A stretch of 60,206 nt of DNA. It comes from a virus. Shown one piece after another: positions 9,395 through 18,881 of the stretch (position 1 is the first letter of the stretch; each line of letters begins with the position of its first letter). The stretch spans positions 1-60,206 of the IMG/VR virus record IMGVR_UViG_3300009965_000007; one strand, given 5' to 3'. Made by a program: the position numbers and the translations under genes. The notes beneath the pieces are model-generated. The model was not told the DNA's origin, searched no databases, and was given only the letters and a program-made list of their open reading frames with translations.

Positions 9395-10918
9395 ATGGCA
9401 GAAGTTATTCAAACAGTAGACAAAACACCTGTAGCAGCACCAGGCTCTACAGGATTAGGAACCCAATTACCAGGTCAAGCCACAACCGTAGATGGTATGG
9501 CAGCCGCAACAGGTGGCGTTGGACCTGGCGAACTTATGGAGGTAGACATCGATGCCGAACTTGCCAAGTTCGAAAGCGATGATACCCCACTTTGTTCACT
9601 TATGCTCGCTGCAAAGAAAGTACCTGTAGGTTCACCTATAGTGCAGCACTATCAAATGGACGAGGAGGTTTCAACTGTTACTACCACTGCAGCAGTAGCA
9701 AAAGGAACAGCAGCTTCTTTCGCTCTTACTCTTTCAGAAGAGGATAAGAGTTATGTTCAAACCTACTCAACATTGAGAGTAAGGGGCGTAAATGGATACA
9801 CAGAAGATGGCTCAAAGGAAGACGCAGGTTCTGACTTGCAACTTTACGTAACAGGTAGAGATACCAGCGATAATCCTATCGTTCGTTGTGTAAACGGTCC
9901 ACGCCAAAGTCCTACCAATGAGTATTGTCAAACACCAGCAATACCAAAGGGCACAAAGATTGATATCCTTGCAACAGCACTACACGAAACGCAAAAGGTA
10001 GTGCCTCCCGACACATTCGTTCCTGTGCCAACACTTGTTACTCTACAGAAGCGAGGAATGACACGTATAGTTTCTGACTACCTTGATAGTCAAAAGAAAC
10101 GCATTCCATTTACAAATGCGTTGCTTGCCGAATACTCTATTCGTAAGTTTAAGCACGCAACCAACCGTTCTTTGTGGATTGGTCGTGGTGGCAAAATGTC
10201 AGTTAAGGACGATAAGACAGGTACACAGATGGTGTATTTTATGACTGGTATTCGTTGGAGCTTTAAACGTGAAATGGAGCACATTGGAAAGTGGGAGTAC
10301 GAAGACTTTGTTGGTCTTGGTAAGCTCTTCTATACAGGAGCAGATGTACCAAAGGGCGCAATCTGTTTGTGCGGTAAGAACTTCTTAGAGAATATCCAAT
10401 GTATAGACTTCTCAAAGCACCCCGAAGTGCAAATTAAAGTCGAAACCAGTAGCTTAGGTTGGAGCATTACACGTTTCCACACTGTATTTGGCGACTTTGA
10501 TTTTAAACACGAACCAACACTCGACCGTATTGGCTACAGCAACAGTGCCGCAATCTTAGGAATTGACCGTCTTGTACACTATGTTCGCAGCGCAGAACAC
10601 ACCGATACAGAGAATGTAGAAGAGCACGAAGCAAAGCGTGAGACGCTCATCGTATGGGACGCACTCGCTCTCAAAGGTGCTTGCCACATCTTCATCAACG
10701 GTGAGGGTACACCAAAAGCACCTGGCGCAACAAGCTATACAGTTTGGAAAACCAATCAAGCACCAACAGGCGCAGACTTGGTAGACGGCAAAGTTTACTA
10801 TCTACTTGTAGACTGTCCAGGCATCAACGCTAAAGCGCATAAGGGTGAAACTTGGATTTACAAATCTGCAGGCGGTACTGGCTCTTGGGAGAAGTACGAG
10901 GGTGAATTAGACTTGTAA
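9395..10918 (+). CDS. Major capsid protein (putative)
   Basis: About 507-aa ORF (MAEVIQTV...) after the scaffold-like gene, followed by a strong terminator. Called on position and size only. Confidence 0.7.
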   Translation: MAEVIQTVDKTPVAAPGSTGLGTQLPGQATTVDGMAAATGGVGPGELMEVDIDAELAKFESDDTPLCSLMLAAKKVPVGSPIVQHYQMDEEVSTVTTTAAVAKGTAASFALTLSEEDKSYVQTYSTLRVRGVNGYTEDGSKEDAGSDLQLYVTGRDTSDNPIVRCVNGPRQSPTNEYCQTPAIPKGTKIDILATALHETQKVVPPDTFVPVPTLVTLQKRGMTRIVSDYLDSQKKRIPFTNALLAEYSIRKFKHATNRSLWIGRGGKMSVKDDKTGTQMVYFMTGIRWSFKREMEHIGKWEYEDFVGLGKLFYTGADVPKGAICLCGKNFLENIQCIDFSKHPEVQIKVETSSLGWSITRFHTVFGDFDFKHEPTLDRIGYSNSAAILGIDRLVHYVRSAEHTDTENVEEHEAKRETLIVWDALALKGACHIFINGEGTPKAPGATSYTVWKTNQAPTGADLVDGKVYYLLVDCPGINAKAHKGETWIYKSAGGTGSWEKYEGELDL

Positions 10919-10962
10919 ATTAGTGTATTTCATATGTGATAATTTTTAAATGTTAGTAACCA

Positions 10963-10994
10963 AAGGGGAGGTTGAGATAAGCTCGCCTCCCCTT
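10963..10994 (+). terminator. Intrinsic terminator after the capsid gene
   Basis: AAGGGGAGG / CCTCCCCTT stem followed by 'aaacttttt'. Confidence 0.8.
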
Positions 10995-11007
10995 AAACTT
11001 TTTAGCG

Positions 11008-11451
11008 ATGACACAAAAAACGTATGGCGTATATGGAATGATAGAATGGAGTATTCTATTAAACGTTGCAGGTCGAATTATGAATATTGATTTTGAGGGC
11101 GGACTTGCATCAGGCACAGGCATTCGTCCTGCCACTTTCACCACTCGCAACGAAATAGTACAGTTCGCAATAGAGAATAGCGGACACTTTAAACACGGAC
11201 GAATAATCCTTGTTAGCGAAATGGATATCGAAGAGCCAAAGGAAGCAATAGCAGAGGCTACAGAGATAATCCCTACTGACACAGAAGAAGTAGTAGAAGA
11301 CAATTTAACAGAGGTCGAAGTGAGTAGCTTAGAAGAAGCAGTAGACTATTTAGTATCGAACTTTGACGATGCAAAGAAACAGCAGCTTCGTAGCAAGGTA
11401 ACAGCAAAAGCCTTTGCAGAAACAAAGGGTATTCGTTTTGTAGGACTTTAA
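11008..11451 (+). CDS. Hypothetical virion-module protein
   Basis: 147-aa ORF in the structural operon with an acidic C-terminal half. Confidence 0.6.
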   Translation: MTQKTYGVYGMIEWSILLNVAGRIMNIDFEGGLASGTGIRPATFTTRNEIVQFAIENSGHFKHGRIILVSEMDIEEPKEAIAEATEIIPTDTEEVVEDNLTEVEVSSLEEAVDYLVSNFDDAKKQQLRSKVTAKAFAETKGIRFVGL

Positions 11452-11465
11452 TTACTTGTATTGCA

Positions 11466-12116
11466 ATGATATACAAAGTTGCAGATTTAGTAAACGAGGT
11501 GCGCACTGTTATTGACAGGAACAATAGCAGCGCACCTCTTGCTGGTTTAACAGACGTAGACACGTTGAGCATAGACACGCTTATAGAGAGCAAGTTAGAA
11601 GATGCGGCACGTGCAGTAACTGTAAATGCCCCACGCCACTTGCTCGATAGCGGTAAGAGCATAGGTACAGCCGTAGCGTGGAGTTCGTCAAAGACAAAAC
11701 ACTGGGGCTTTACACAACTCCCCGAAGACTTTTTGCGATTACTAACATTCCAAATGGCTGATTGGAGCTATCCAGTAACAGAAGCTATCACAGATGCAGC
11801 CCCCGAATACAAACAGCAGAACAGCCGTTTTGCAGGAATAGGAGGCAATCCGCAACGCCCTGTTGTAGCTATTGTGCAGCACCCTATTGGTTTGATATTG
11901 GAATTTTATTCGTGTACATCTAACGATGTAGCCGTAAAGGTGGCACGCTACATTCCTATACCACGTATAGAAGACGAACATATCGGTATATCCGAAAAAC
12001 TCGAAAAAGCCGTGATATATTACTGTGCATATCTTGTCCTTTCCTCTTTATCCGAAGTAGAACAAGCAAAACTAATGTATTCTATTTATATGGACTTGTC
12101 CGAACTGAAACATTAA
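11466..12116 (+). CDS. Hypothetical virion-module protein
   Basis: 216-aa ORF tightly packed in the structural operon. Confidence 0.6.
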   Translation: MIYKVADLVNEVRTVIDRNNSSAPLAGLTDVDTLSIDTLIESKLEDAARAVTVNAPRHLLDSGKSIGTAVAWSSSKTKHWGFTQLPEDFLRLLTFQMADWSYPVTEAITDAAPEYKQQNSRFAGIGGNPQRPVVAIVQHPIGLILEFYSCTSNDVAVKVARYIPIPRIEDEHIGISEKLEKAVIYYCAYLVLSSLSEVEQAKLMYSIYMDLSELKH

Positions 12117-12125
12117 TATAATATT

Positions 12126-13592
12126 ATGACTGACAACCTTTTAGGAACATACCAAAGTTTAGAAGCCGTACACGTAGCGCACCCATTAGGTGGCATACAA
12201 GGCGACTATGTAATTGTGGGCGATAGCAATTACTATTGGAATCCGTTATCATTAGAATGGACGAAAGAAAAGCCTACTGTTACTGTACCAGCCAACAAAA
12301 TTAAAGAGAAAAACAATCTTGGCAATTTCGCAAACATCTTAGAGGTATATAGTAGATACCCCGATGGTGGTAAGGAGGGCGACTATCTATTCATAGACGG
12401 CATAGAGTACGTTTGGAACAGATGGGAGCGTATATGGCAAAGCAAGGGCGACACTACACCAACAGGCGGACGAACTACAAACACCTTTGATGGAGACCTT
12501 GCCGTTGAGAACGATTTAATTGTAGGTGGCATATTACGTGTAAAGGGATTCAGTTTCGATAATCCCGATACACCAGGTGGCAGCAGTGGACAAGGCACAC
12601 CAGCCACTATGTCGCTGAAAACGCTAAACGAATTTCCAACGACACCCGAACAAGCTATTGCTTTTGTTAAAGAGAAAAACCAACACACAGTTCTCTCTAT
12701 AGTTGAGAATGGTATAAATGTAGGTGTACTTCACATCTATGCAGACCAATTCCGACAAGTCCTCACAGAGGTAATAGAGACACGCCTTTTGGTAAATGGC
12801 ACAAAGGTCGGTGGCGGACACGTATATTCAGAACCTATACGCTATTGGCGCAACTATGGTTTACGGCAAGACTATAGCGGTATAAAGAAGTATCAATGGA
12901 CGCTATGGCGGCAATGTAAAGACGATACACTTGTGCGTCTTAACGAACGTCTTGATATGATGTTTGAAATATACAACGCATCGCCAAATGGTCAATTATA
13001 CACATTACGTGAAGTCGTAAGCACTGTTACAGATGATAACAGAGTTGAGTTCAAACGCTGTATGATGATTAGCTTCTTAAGTGCAGAAACAAAAAAGCGT
13101 GTATACTATGTATGCACAACCACCGACAGGTCAAAGAATGAAAACGATTGGAAACAACTAACAACAGAAGACAATTTAGAACAGACAAAACAACACGTTA
13201 GCGCATTACCTTTCGATGGATATGTAGATGATGTGCAAGCCGTTTCACTATCAGCAGCCGATGACACAGAAGACAGCAACACGCCTAACGGCTTAAATCT
13301 CACTCCCGAAAACAAAAAAGGCGTTATGTGGGACAGAGTTAAGAACGTGTTTGTATACCAAAAAGGAGACACCTATTACACTAACTGGAAAGGTGCTGAC
13401 GATTATGGAGAACTTGCGCACGATGGACGTAAGCCAGCTGTGGGCATACTATTCTATCATCGCATTTATGGAAATGCGTGTACGTGGAATGGTTCTAAAA
13501 TGCTACCTATTATAGGAGGTAGCAAAACAGAGATTATAGAAGATGCAACACGCATCACAGAGGAAGAGATAAACAATATAGTAAACGAATAA
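12126..13592 (+). CDS. Fibre/receptor-binding-like structural protein with a duplicated N-terminal motif
   Basis: 488 aa. Two similar segments: 'GTYQSLEAVHVAHPLGGIQGDYVIVGDSNYYWNPLSLEW' and 'GNFANILEVYSRYPDGGKEGDYLFIDGIEYVWNRWERIW'. Confidence 0.5.
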   Translation: MTDNLLGTYQSLEAVHVAHPLGGIQGDYVIVGDSNYYWNPLSLEWTKEKPTVTVPANKIKEKNNLGNFANILEVYSRYPDGGKEGDYLFIDGIEYVWNRWERIWQSKGDTTPTGGRTTNTFDGDLAVENDLIVGGILRVKGFSFDNPDTPGGSSGQGTPATMSLKTLNEFPTTPEQAIAFVKEKNQHTVLSIVENGINVGVLHIYADQFRQVLTEVIETRLLVNGTKVGGGHVYSEPIRYWRNYGLRQDYSGIKKYQWTLWRQCKDDTLVRLNERLDMMFEIYNASPNGQLYTLREVVSTVTDDNRVEFKRCMMISFLSAETKKRVYYVCTTTDRSKNENDWKQLTTEDNLEQTKQHVSALPFDGYVDDVQAVSLSAADDTEDSNTPNGLNLTPENKKGVMWDRVKNVFVYQKGDTYYTNWKGADDYGELAHDGRKPAVGILFYHRIYGNACTWNGSKMLPIIGGSKTEIIEDATRITEEEINNIVNE

Positions 13593-13602
13593 AACAAATA
13601 CT

Positions 13603-14025
13603 ATGGCAGAAAGACATTTCTTAGATATCGCAGGATTAAAGCACTTCGCACGCAAGATAAAAGAAAACCTTGCGCAGACGCAACGAGTTGTAACAAACAA
13701 AAACTTCTTAGCAGAGCTTGACAGCAACGAACTTGCGATACTTGACAATTCACAATTTACCTACCCTGCAGGACAGGCGTGGTGGATAAACGTTAAGCAG
13801 AAGCTTATCTCTGACAACAGTCGAAAGGCATTTGAATTTATAGTTATAACAGGAGCGAATACAGCTAATATTAATTTTAGCTGGTATTTAGACGTAAAGA
13901 GAGATGCGACACCATTACAACCAAATTCAGCCTATCTGTTTCGCCTGTATGGCTATGGAACACAATATCAGAATGGTCAGTTGTATGGCAAAACACTTTA
14001 TGTAGTAAAGGAGAAAATTGGATAA
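13603..14025 (+). CDS. Fibre-like protein, short paralogue
   Basis: N-terminus MAERHFLDIAGLKHFARKIK matches the N-terminus of the next ORF. Confidence 0.5.
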   Translation: MAERHFLDIAGLKHFARKIKENLAQTQRVVTNKNFLAELDSNELAILDNSQFTYPAGQAWWINVKQKLISDNSRKAFEFIVITGANTANINFSWYLDVKRDATPLQPNSAYLFRLYGYGTQYQNGQLYGKTLYVVKEKIG

Positions 14026-14053
14026 ATCATAATCAATAAAACAGTTTAGTTAT

Positions 14054-15076
14054 ATGGCAGAGAAAAAATTTTTAGATTTAGAAGGTCTCAAACATTACAA
14101 CAGCAAAATTAAAGCAGGTTCTGTTCGAGTGGGACACGCAGAAGTAGCCGAACGAGTGGCAGCATCAGGCATTCAGTGGGGAACAACACAAATTCCACTC
14201 GCCAACATTCCACGTGCAGCAATGGAACGTTGTATGGTTGTAGCAAACGACACAGCACGTTTCGCACTTACAACAGACCAAGTACAGAATGGCGACACCG
14301 TGAAAGTTACATTAAACGGTAAGATGTATTTTGTAAAGGACGATACCAAACTCAACTCCGAAGCTGGTTACGAACCTTATGTTGCAGGTGCAGCATCTAC
14401 AGCCGAAGTTGCCGAAAGTGTCGATTGGGAGAAAGTGAAGAACAAGCCAAACAAGTTCGCACCCGAAAATCACGGCACAAATGTAGTAACAGCACTCACT
14501 GGCTATATCCCATCGCTTGATACAGATAACGTATTTAACGAGCTTAACGAAAGCGACGCTCTTAATGCAGCCTTAAACAAGCTGTATAAGAACGACTACA
14601 GAATGCTTCCAACTCTTGACATTGAGAATTTAGACTATTCACCAGGCACAGGCTTAGATGCCGTTAAGAGGCTCGCAGGTATGCAAGCTGTTATTCGCTA
14701 TACGCTTACCTATACAAACGGAGACAACAAGACGTATGCGGTTGGAACATTAGAGGAGTTTACAGACAACGCTACACTTGCTATTACGCAGATAGCTGAA
14801 ACACGATGCGTATTAGACGGCACTAAAAGTTTTCGCTTTAAAGAGGCACAAGGCGCACAACGCTATATTCGCCACTATATATTAAAAGATGGTAACCCAT
14901 TAGGCGCAAAGAATACGTGGACAGCGTGGAAGCCATATTGTGGAGAGGAAACACAAAAGCTCATTGATGCAGCAAAGCAGGAGGGTACAGATGCTAAAAC
15001 TCTTGCAAACAGTGTAAAGAATGAAGTAAACAGCTTTACACGCATCACTGAAAGCGAGATAGATGCTGTTATTTAA
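14054..15076 (+). CDS. Fibre-like protein, long paralogue
   Basis: N-terminus MAEKKFLDLEGLKHYNSKIK shares 13 of 20 residues with ORF 13603. 340 aa. Confidence 0.5.
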   Translation: MAEKKFLDLEGLKHYNSKIKAGSVRVGHAEVAERVAASGIQWGTTQIPLANIPRAAMERCMVVANDTARFALTTDQVQNGDTVKVTLNGKMYFVKDDTKLNSEAGYEPYVAGAASTAEVAESVDWEKVKNKPNKFAPENHGTNVVTALTGYIPSLDTDNVFNELNESDALNAALNKLYKNDYRMLPTLDIENLDYSPGTGLDAVKRLAGMQAVIRYTLTYTNGDNKTYAVGTLEEFTDNATLAITQIAETRCVLDGTKSFRFKEAQGAQRYIRHYILKDGNPLGAKNTWTAWKPYCGEETQKLIDAAKQEGTDAKTLANSVKNEVNSFTRITESEIDAVI

Positions 15077-15104
15077 TATACTACCAAACAAGAAAGGAGG
15101 AATT

Positions 15105-15596
15105 ATGAATTATTTAGAGCAATTCAAATATGTTATCTGTTCTATCATCAGTGGTATGCTAAGTCTATTCTTTCCTATTAGGGACTTTATGTACGCTATG
15201 TTGATAGTATTCACACTGAATTATATATTTGGTGTGGTTGCAGGTCTTAAGCATGGCGAAAGATGGGATTTGAAGAAATCAATGGTATTCTTTTACCATT
15301 GTGCTGTCTTTTTTGTAATGACAGCATCTATATTTCTTACAGGCTATTTCTTGCATGCTGGCGCAGAAACATTGGGTGTTGTAAAGGCATTGTGCGGTGT
15401 GGCGATTTGGTTCTACGCTACAAATATAGTAAGGAATTGGCGTATAATGCTCATTGAGAATACTACGATGTGGAAGGTGGCAGGATTTGTCTACTACGTA
15501 TTAACCTTAAAGGTAGTAGATAAAATACCTTTCCTGAACGAGTATTTAAAGAGTACCAACAGCAAGGCAGATAGCGATAAAGCAGATATTTTATAG
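15105..15596 (+). CDS. Multi-pass membrane protein, holin-family-4-like
   Basis: The ATG at 15105 follows an 'aggagg' site. Several hydrophobic helices, and 'LNYIFGVVAGLKHGERWDLKKS' resembles the holin_4 signature as I recall it. Confidence 0.45.
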   Translation: MNYLEQFKYVICSIISGMLSLFFPIRDFMYAMLIVFTLNYIFGVVAGLKHGERWDLKKSMVFFYHCAVFFVMTASIFLTGYFLHAGAETLGVVKALCGVAIWFYATNIVRNWRIMLIENTTMWKVAGFVYYVLTLKVVDKIPFLNEYLKSTNSKADSDKADIL

Positions 15597-15620
15597 TTTC
15601 ATAATAAAAAAAAGAAGAAA

Positions 15621-15884
15621 ATGAAAACATTTAGCAAGAGTAATTTATTATTAAGCCTCATAGGACTACTTATATCGTTCTTCATAACGATAGGTTCTTC
15701 AAAAGCATACGCACCAGCGGTAAATGTATGCGTCTATTCGCTTATAGTAGTAAGCGTGGTCAGCTTTATGGTAGAAGCGTTTCGTCTACTCGTAAAGGAA
15801 TGCGCACGTTGGCAGTGGACACGCATCGTGTCGTGGCTAACAGGCGGTATTGTAGGCACTATATTAGGACTTTTACTTTCATAA
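15621..15884 (+). CDS. Small membrane protein
   Basis: 87 aa with 2-3 hydrophobic helices. Confidence 0.5.
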   Translation: MKTFSKSNLLLSLIGLLISFFITIGSSKAYAPAVNVCVYSLIVVSVVSFMVEAFRLLVKECARWQWTRIVSWLTGGIVGTILGLLLS

Positions 15885-15972
15885 TTTTATTTTGTATATT
15901 TATTTATTGTTTTATTTCAGGCTGCTGTTGGTTCGAGAGGAATAGGCACAGCCATTTTAACACACAAACACA

Positions 15973-16584
15973 ATGGAAATATTATTAGGACAGGGCGGAG
16001 AACACCAAGACGGAGTTGTTCGCATCAATTACAAAAGCGACTTTCCTCTCGAAGTGAAAGTAGTTAGAAATGGCGTAGTAGAGAACTTTCCTGATGCCGA
16101 TTTTACATTGACGGCAAAGACAGAGGGAGGCTTCACCGTCTACAAAGCAGAGCGCAAAGCAGGCGTGTATAGCCATTGCAAGCGAGATGGAGAACGGCTG
16201 ATAATGTTCTTCGACAATCACGGACTTGCCAAAGGTAGGCTTATAGTGTCAGCCGTTATTAATCACCCCGATGCCGACTACACCGAAGACGGTATACGTC
16301 AAGAGAACCTAACCACCACAACCAACATAGAACTTGTGGAGGATAATGGCGATGCACTGCAATTGCAAATGCCCGAGCCTCGTGTGGTGGAGAAAGTGGT
16401 AGAAAAGATTGTGGAGAAAGAAACTGACCACTACACCGACCTACAGAAGAAAGCAGCAGCGTGGGTGGCAGGGTTAGACACAAGCAATGACCCAGTATAT
16501 CTTTTAGTTTTAAATTACTTTTTAAAGAATGTAACTGAAATAGATGGTTTGACAAGAGCCTTTAATTCCTATTTTTTTAACTAA
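15973..16584 (+). CDS. Hypothetical structural-module protein
   Basis: 203-aa ORF ending at TAA 16582-16584. The same frame stays open downstream (see findings). Confidence 0.6.
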   Translation: MEILLGQGGEHQDGVVRINYKSDFPLEVKVVRNGVVENFPDADFTLTAKTEGGFTVYKAERKAGVYSHCKRDGERLIMFFDNHGLAKGRLIVSAVINHPDADYTEDGIRQENLTTTTNIELVEDNGDALQLQMPEPRVVEKVVEKIVEKETDHYTDLQKKAAAWVAGLDTSNDPVYLLVLNYFLKNVTEIDGLTRAFNSYFFN

Positions 16585-16713
16585 ATAAACGAAACAGATC
16601 CTGACTTTAACGAGAAGATTCAAATAGCTATACTTAAGGCGAGATTCGCTAGCAACGTTGGAGATGTAGATATATCAGGTCTCTTTTCCTTTATTGATGC
16701 CCCTAATTATGAT

Positions 16714-17217
16714 TTGAGCATAGATATTAACAGTGAATTAATTATTATGTCAAGTCTTTTTAGTAGTTCGACATTTAAGACTATCACAATAAATCATAGT
16801 GCAGGAAAACAACTCCCATTAGGGCAGTCAAATATTGATTCTATAAATGTAATTGATGCTATTGCAGGCGAACAAATGTTTGACACTACTAAAGCAGAAA
16901 AGGTTACTATCCGAATAAGTACATATTCAAACGGACACGGTATAGACGGTGGTTGGTATATGCTTGCAGGAATTGGTGATAGTATGGTTGATACATTTGA
17001 TGTGGGATATACAGACCCAATAAGTAATGGAACTGGCAGAACAAATATTGATTTTGTAGCTGAAAAGATACTACCAGATGTATCGCAAGACGAGCATAAG
17101 CCAAAGCTAATATTTAGGAATGTAGTTGGCACAGTAAACGAAGAGTTAAAGCAGAAGATACTTGCCAAAGGCTATCCATCAGTAGAGTTCTACGAGGGAG
17201 AGAATAAGGTGTTGTAA
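16714..17217 (+). CDS. Hypothetical protein; start uncertain (TTG 16714, ATG 16747, or readthrough from 15973)
   Basis: Same frame as 15973..16584, and no stop between 16585 and 16713. Confidence 0.5.
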   Translation: MSIDINSELIIMSSLFSSSTFKTITINHSAGKQLPLGQSNIDSINVIDAIAGEQMFDTTKAEKVTIRISTYSNGHGIDGGWYMLAGIGDSMVDTFDVGYTDPISNGTGRTNIDFVAEKILPDVSQDEHKPKLIFRNVVGTVNEELKQKILAKGYPSVEFYEGENKVL

Positions 17218-17220
17218 TGT

Positions 17221-17252
17221 AAATGGGGTATTCGTAATTGAATACCCCATTT
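17221..17252. terminator. Bidirectional terminator between convergent operons
   Basis: AAATGGGGTATTC / GAATACCCCATTT perfect 13-bp stem with a 6-nt loop. Confidence 0.85.
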
Positions 17253-17266
17253 TAAAATATATACAA

Positions 17267-17824
17267 TCAAAACGGACTTTGCGAACGTCGCACACGTCCA
17301 CTCCGCCTGTTTATAGTAGCCGTAATCTTGTCTGTTATATCTTCCAACCTTTGCGCCCACAGTACTTTATTTTCAGGCATTGTAATGCCTACCCAATCAC
17401 TTAGCACGCTACAAATCAAATATTCGTGTATAAGATGAACCAAATATTCTAAAGACGTGCGAGAGAACGTTGTAGGCACTTTCATATCTATAATGTAGTT
17501 CTTAGGGTCTGCAAATGCATCGTCCAAATGCTCACCACCTACAATATCTGTGTGTGTATAAGCATACAGCAGCTCTATGCACTCCTGATGAGCCAATCGC
17601 AGAACACGTAATACCCTATCCAAGTTTTCGTCCTGCACAATATCCTTAAGCTCTTGCTTTGCGTTTGTATTGTCCGAAGCAGATACTTCGCTTTGCACCC
17701 AGCTATTGTTACTAATGTCGTGCAACAGCTCATCACGCTTAAACAGCAGGCTTACTTGTAACTGTTCTCTGTCGCTTGCCAACTTTGTAAACTGACAATA
17801 CCCACCATCACATTTTAATTCCAT
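17267..17824 (-). CDS. Hypothetical virion protein (one of three apparent tandem paralogues)
   Basis: 185 aa with a basic C-terminal tail RRSGRVRRSQSPF. Confidence 0.6.
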   Translation of the reverse strand: MELKCDGGYCQFTKLASDREQLQVSLLFKRDELLHDISNNSWVQSEVSASDNTNAKQELKDIVQDENLDRVLRVLRLAHQECIELLYAYTHTDIVGGEHLDDAFADPKNYIIDMKVPTTFSRTSLEYLVHLIHEYLICSVLSDWVGITMPENKVLWAQRLEDITDKITATINRRSGRVRRSQSPF

Positions 17825-17842
17825 ATATTAACCTCCTTTATA

Positions 17843-18358
17843 TTAAAACCTTGTGCCACGTCTATGGCGAGTGCGTTTGCTCATAGCCTCGTAAATCTGT
17901 GGCAACAGACCCTCCGCCATCTTGTAATAGGCATTTGCTTCGTCCGCATTTGTCTTTAGATACCAATTACCAATAGCATAATTCACAATATAGTCGTGCA
18001 AACCAGCTGAAATGAAGTCTATAGAAGACACACTAAAGTTATATGGCATACTAAAAACAAATACATATCCTTTGTCTACAGAACGCTTAATATCGTTCTT
18101 AAGGACGTTGTTTATTTCCTCCACTTCCTCATAGTTATATATATACTTGCCTAAATGAGTGCGTAGCTTTGCAATAGCACTCTGTATGCTTCTATACAGT
18201 TCGTTCTCACATTCCTCCGAACTATCTGTGGTTGCATCGGCTGCTTCCTCATACTTGTCGCCACTCATAGCCGTACGATTCGCAAGATATGTCTTTGTGG
18301 CTATGTCATAGAACAGCTCGCCAATCTTTATTGTAATTTTAATTTCTGTCTTTGCCAT
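17843..18358 (-). CDS. Hypothetical virion protein (apparent paralogue)
   Basis: 171 aa with a basic tail KRTRHRRGTRF and a similar 'YIV..AI..WY' segment. Confidence 0.6.
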   Translation of the reverse strand: MAKTEIKITIKIGELFYDIATKTYLANRTAMSGDKYEEAADATTDSSEECENELYRSIQSAIAKLRTHLGKYIYNYEEVEEINNVLKNDIKRSVDKGYVFVFSMPYNFSVSSIDFISAGLHDYIVNYAIGNWYLKTNADEANAYYKMAEGLLPQIYEAMSKRTRHRRGTRF

Positions 18359-18366
18359 ATTCTTTG

Positions 18367-18837
18367 TTATTCAAAATTAGCTTTTGTAGGTGCAAACTTC
18401 ATACACAGCTTGCGTCTTATGCCCTTTATAAAGTCATTGTAGTTTGCAAAGTAATATTCGCAACGTTCCTTGTCTGTCAATTCAAACCACTTACACAGAA
18501 TGAAATTCACAAAACAACTAAACAAATCCTTTTGCAATACTGTCTTCCTTTGTGCTACATCGCTCAAAGGCTGTATTATAAATGTTACATCGTTACTTTT
18601 ATCGTTTGACACAATATCCTTTATAAAGCGTTGCAACTCGCCAGCCACTTTTCCACAACAGTCCTCCCAATACCTATCCAATAGCTCATAATCGCTATCC
18701 GTAATAGCTATGCGAGTATAAGTATCCGCTTGTCCGTCCTGCTCTTTAAAACTCTTTGCGCCAACGTAGCCACTAATCCTCGCCACTTCGTTGTAAACGT
18801 CTTTCCTCTTTATATCTAATTCAATGTTTGTTATCAT
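18367..18837 (-). CDS. Hypothetical virion protein (apparent paralogue)
   Basis: 156 aa with a 'FVNFILCKWF' segment and a basic C-terminus. Confidence 0.6.
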   Translation of the reverse strand: MITNIELDIKRKDVYNEVARISGYVGAKSFKEQDGQADTYTRIAITDSDYELLDRYWEDCCGKVAGELQRFIKDIVSNDKSNDVTFIIQPLSDVAQRKTVLQKDLFSCFVNFILCKWFELTDKERCEYYFANYNDFIKGIRRKLCMKFAPTKANFE

Positions 18838-18881
18838 ACCTGCAAACTTAATTATAATACCTTTTAATCATTAGTTATTCA

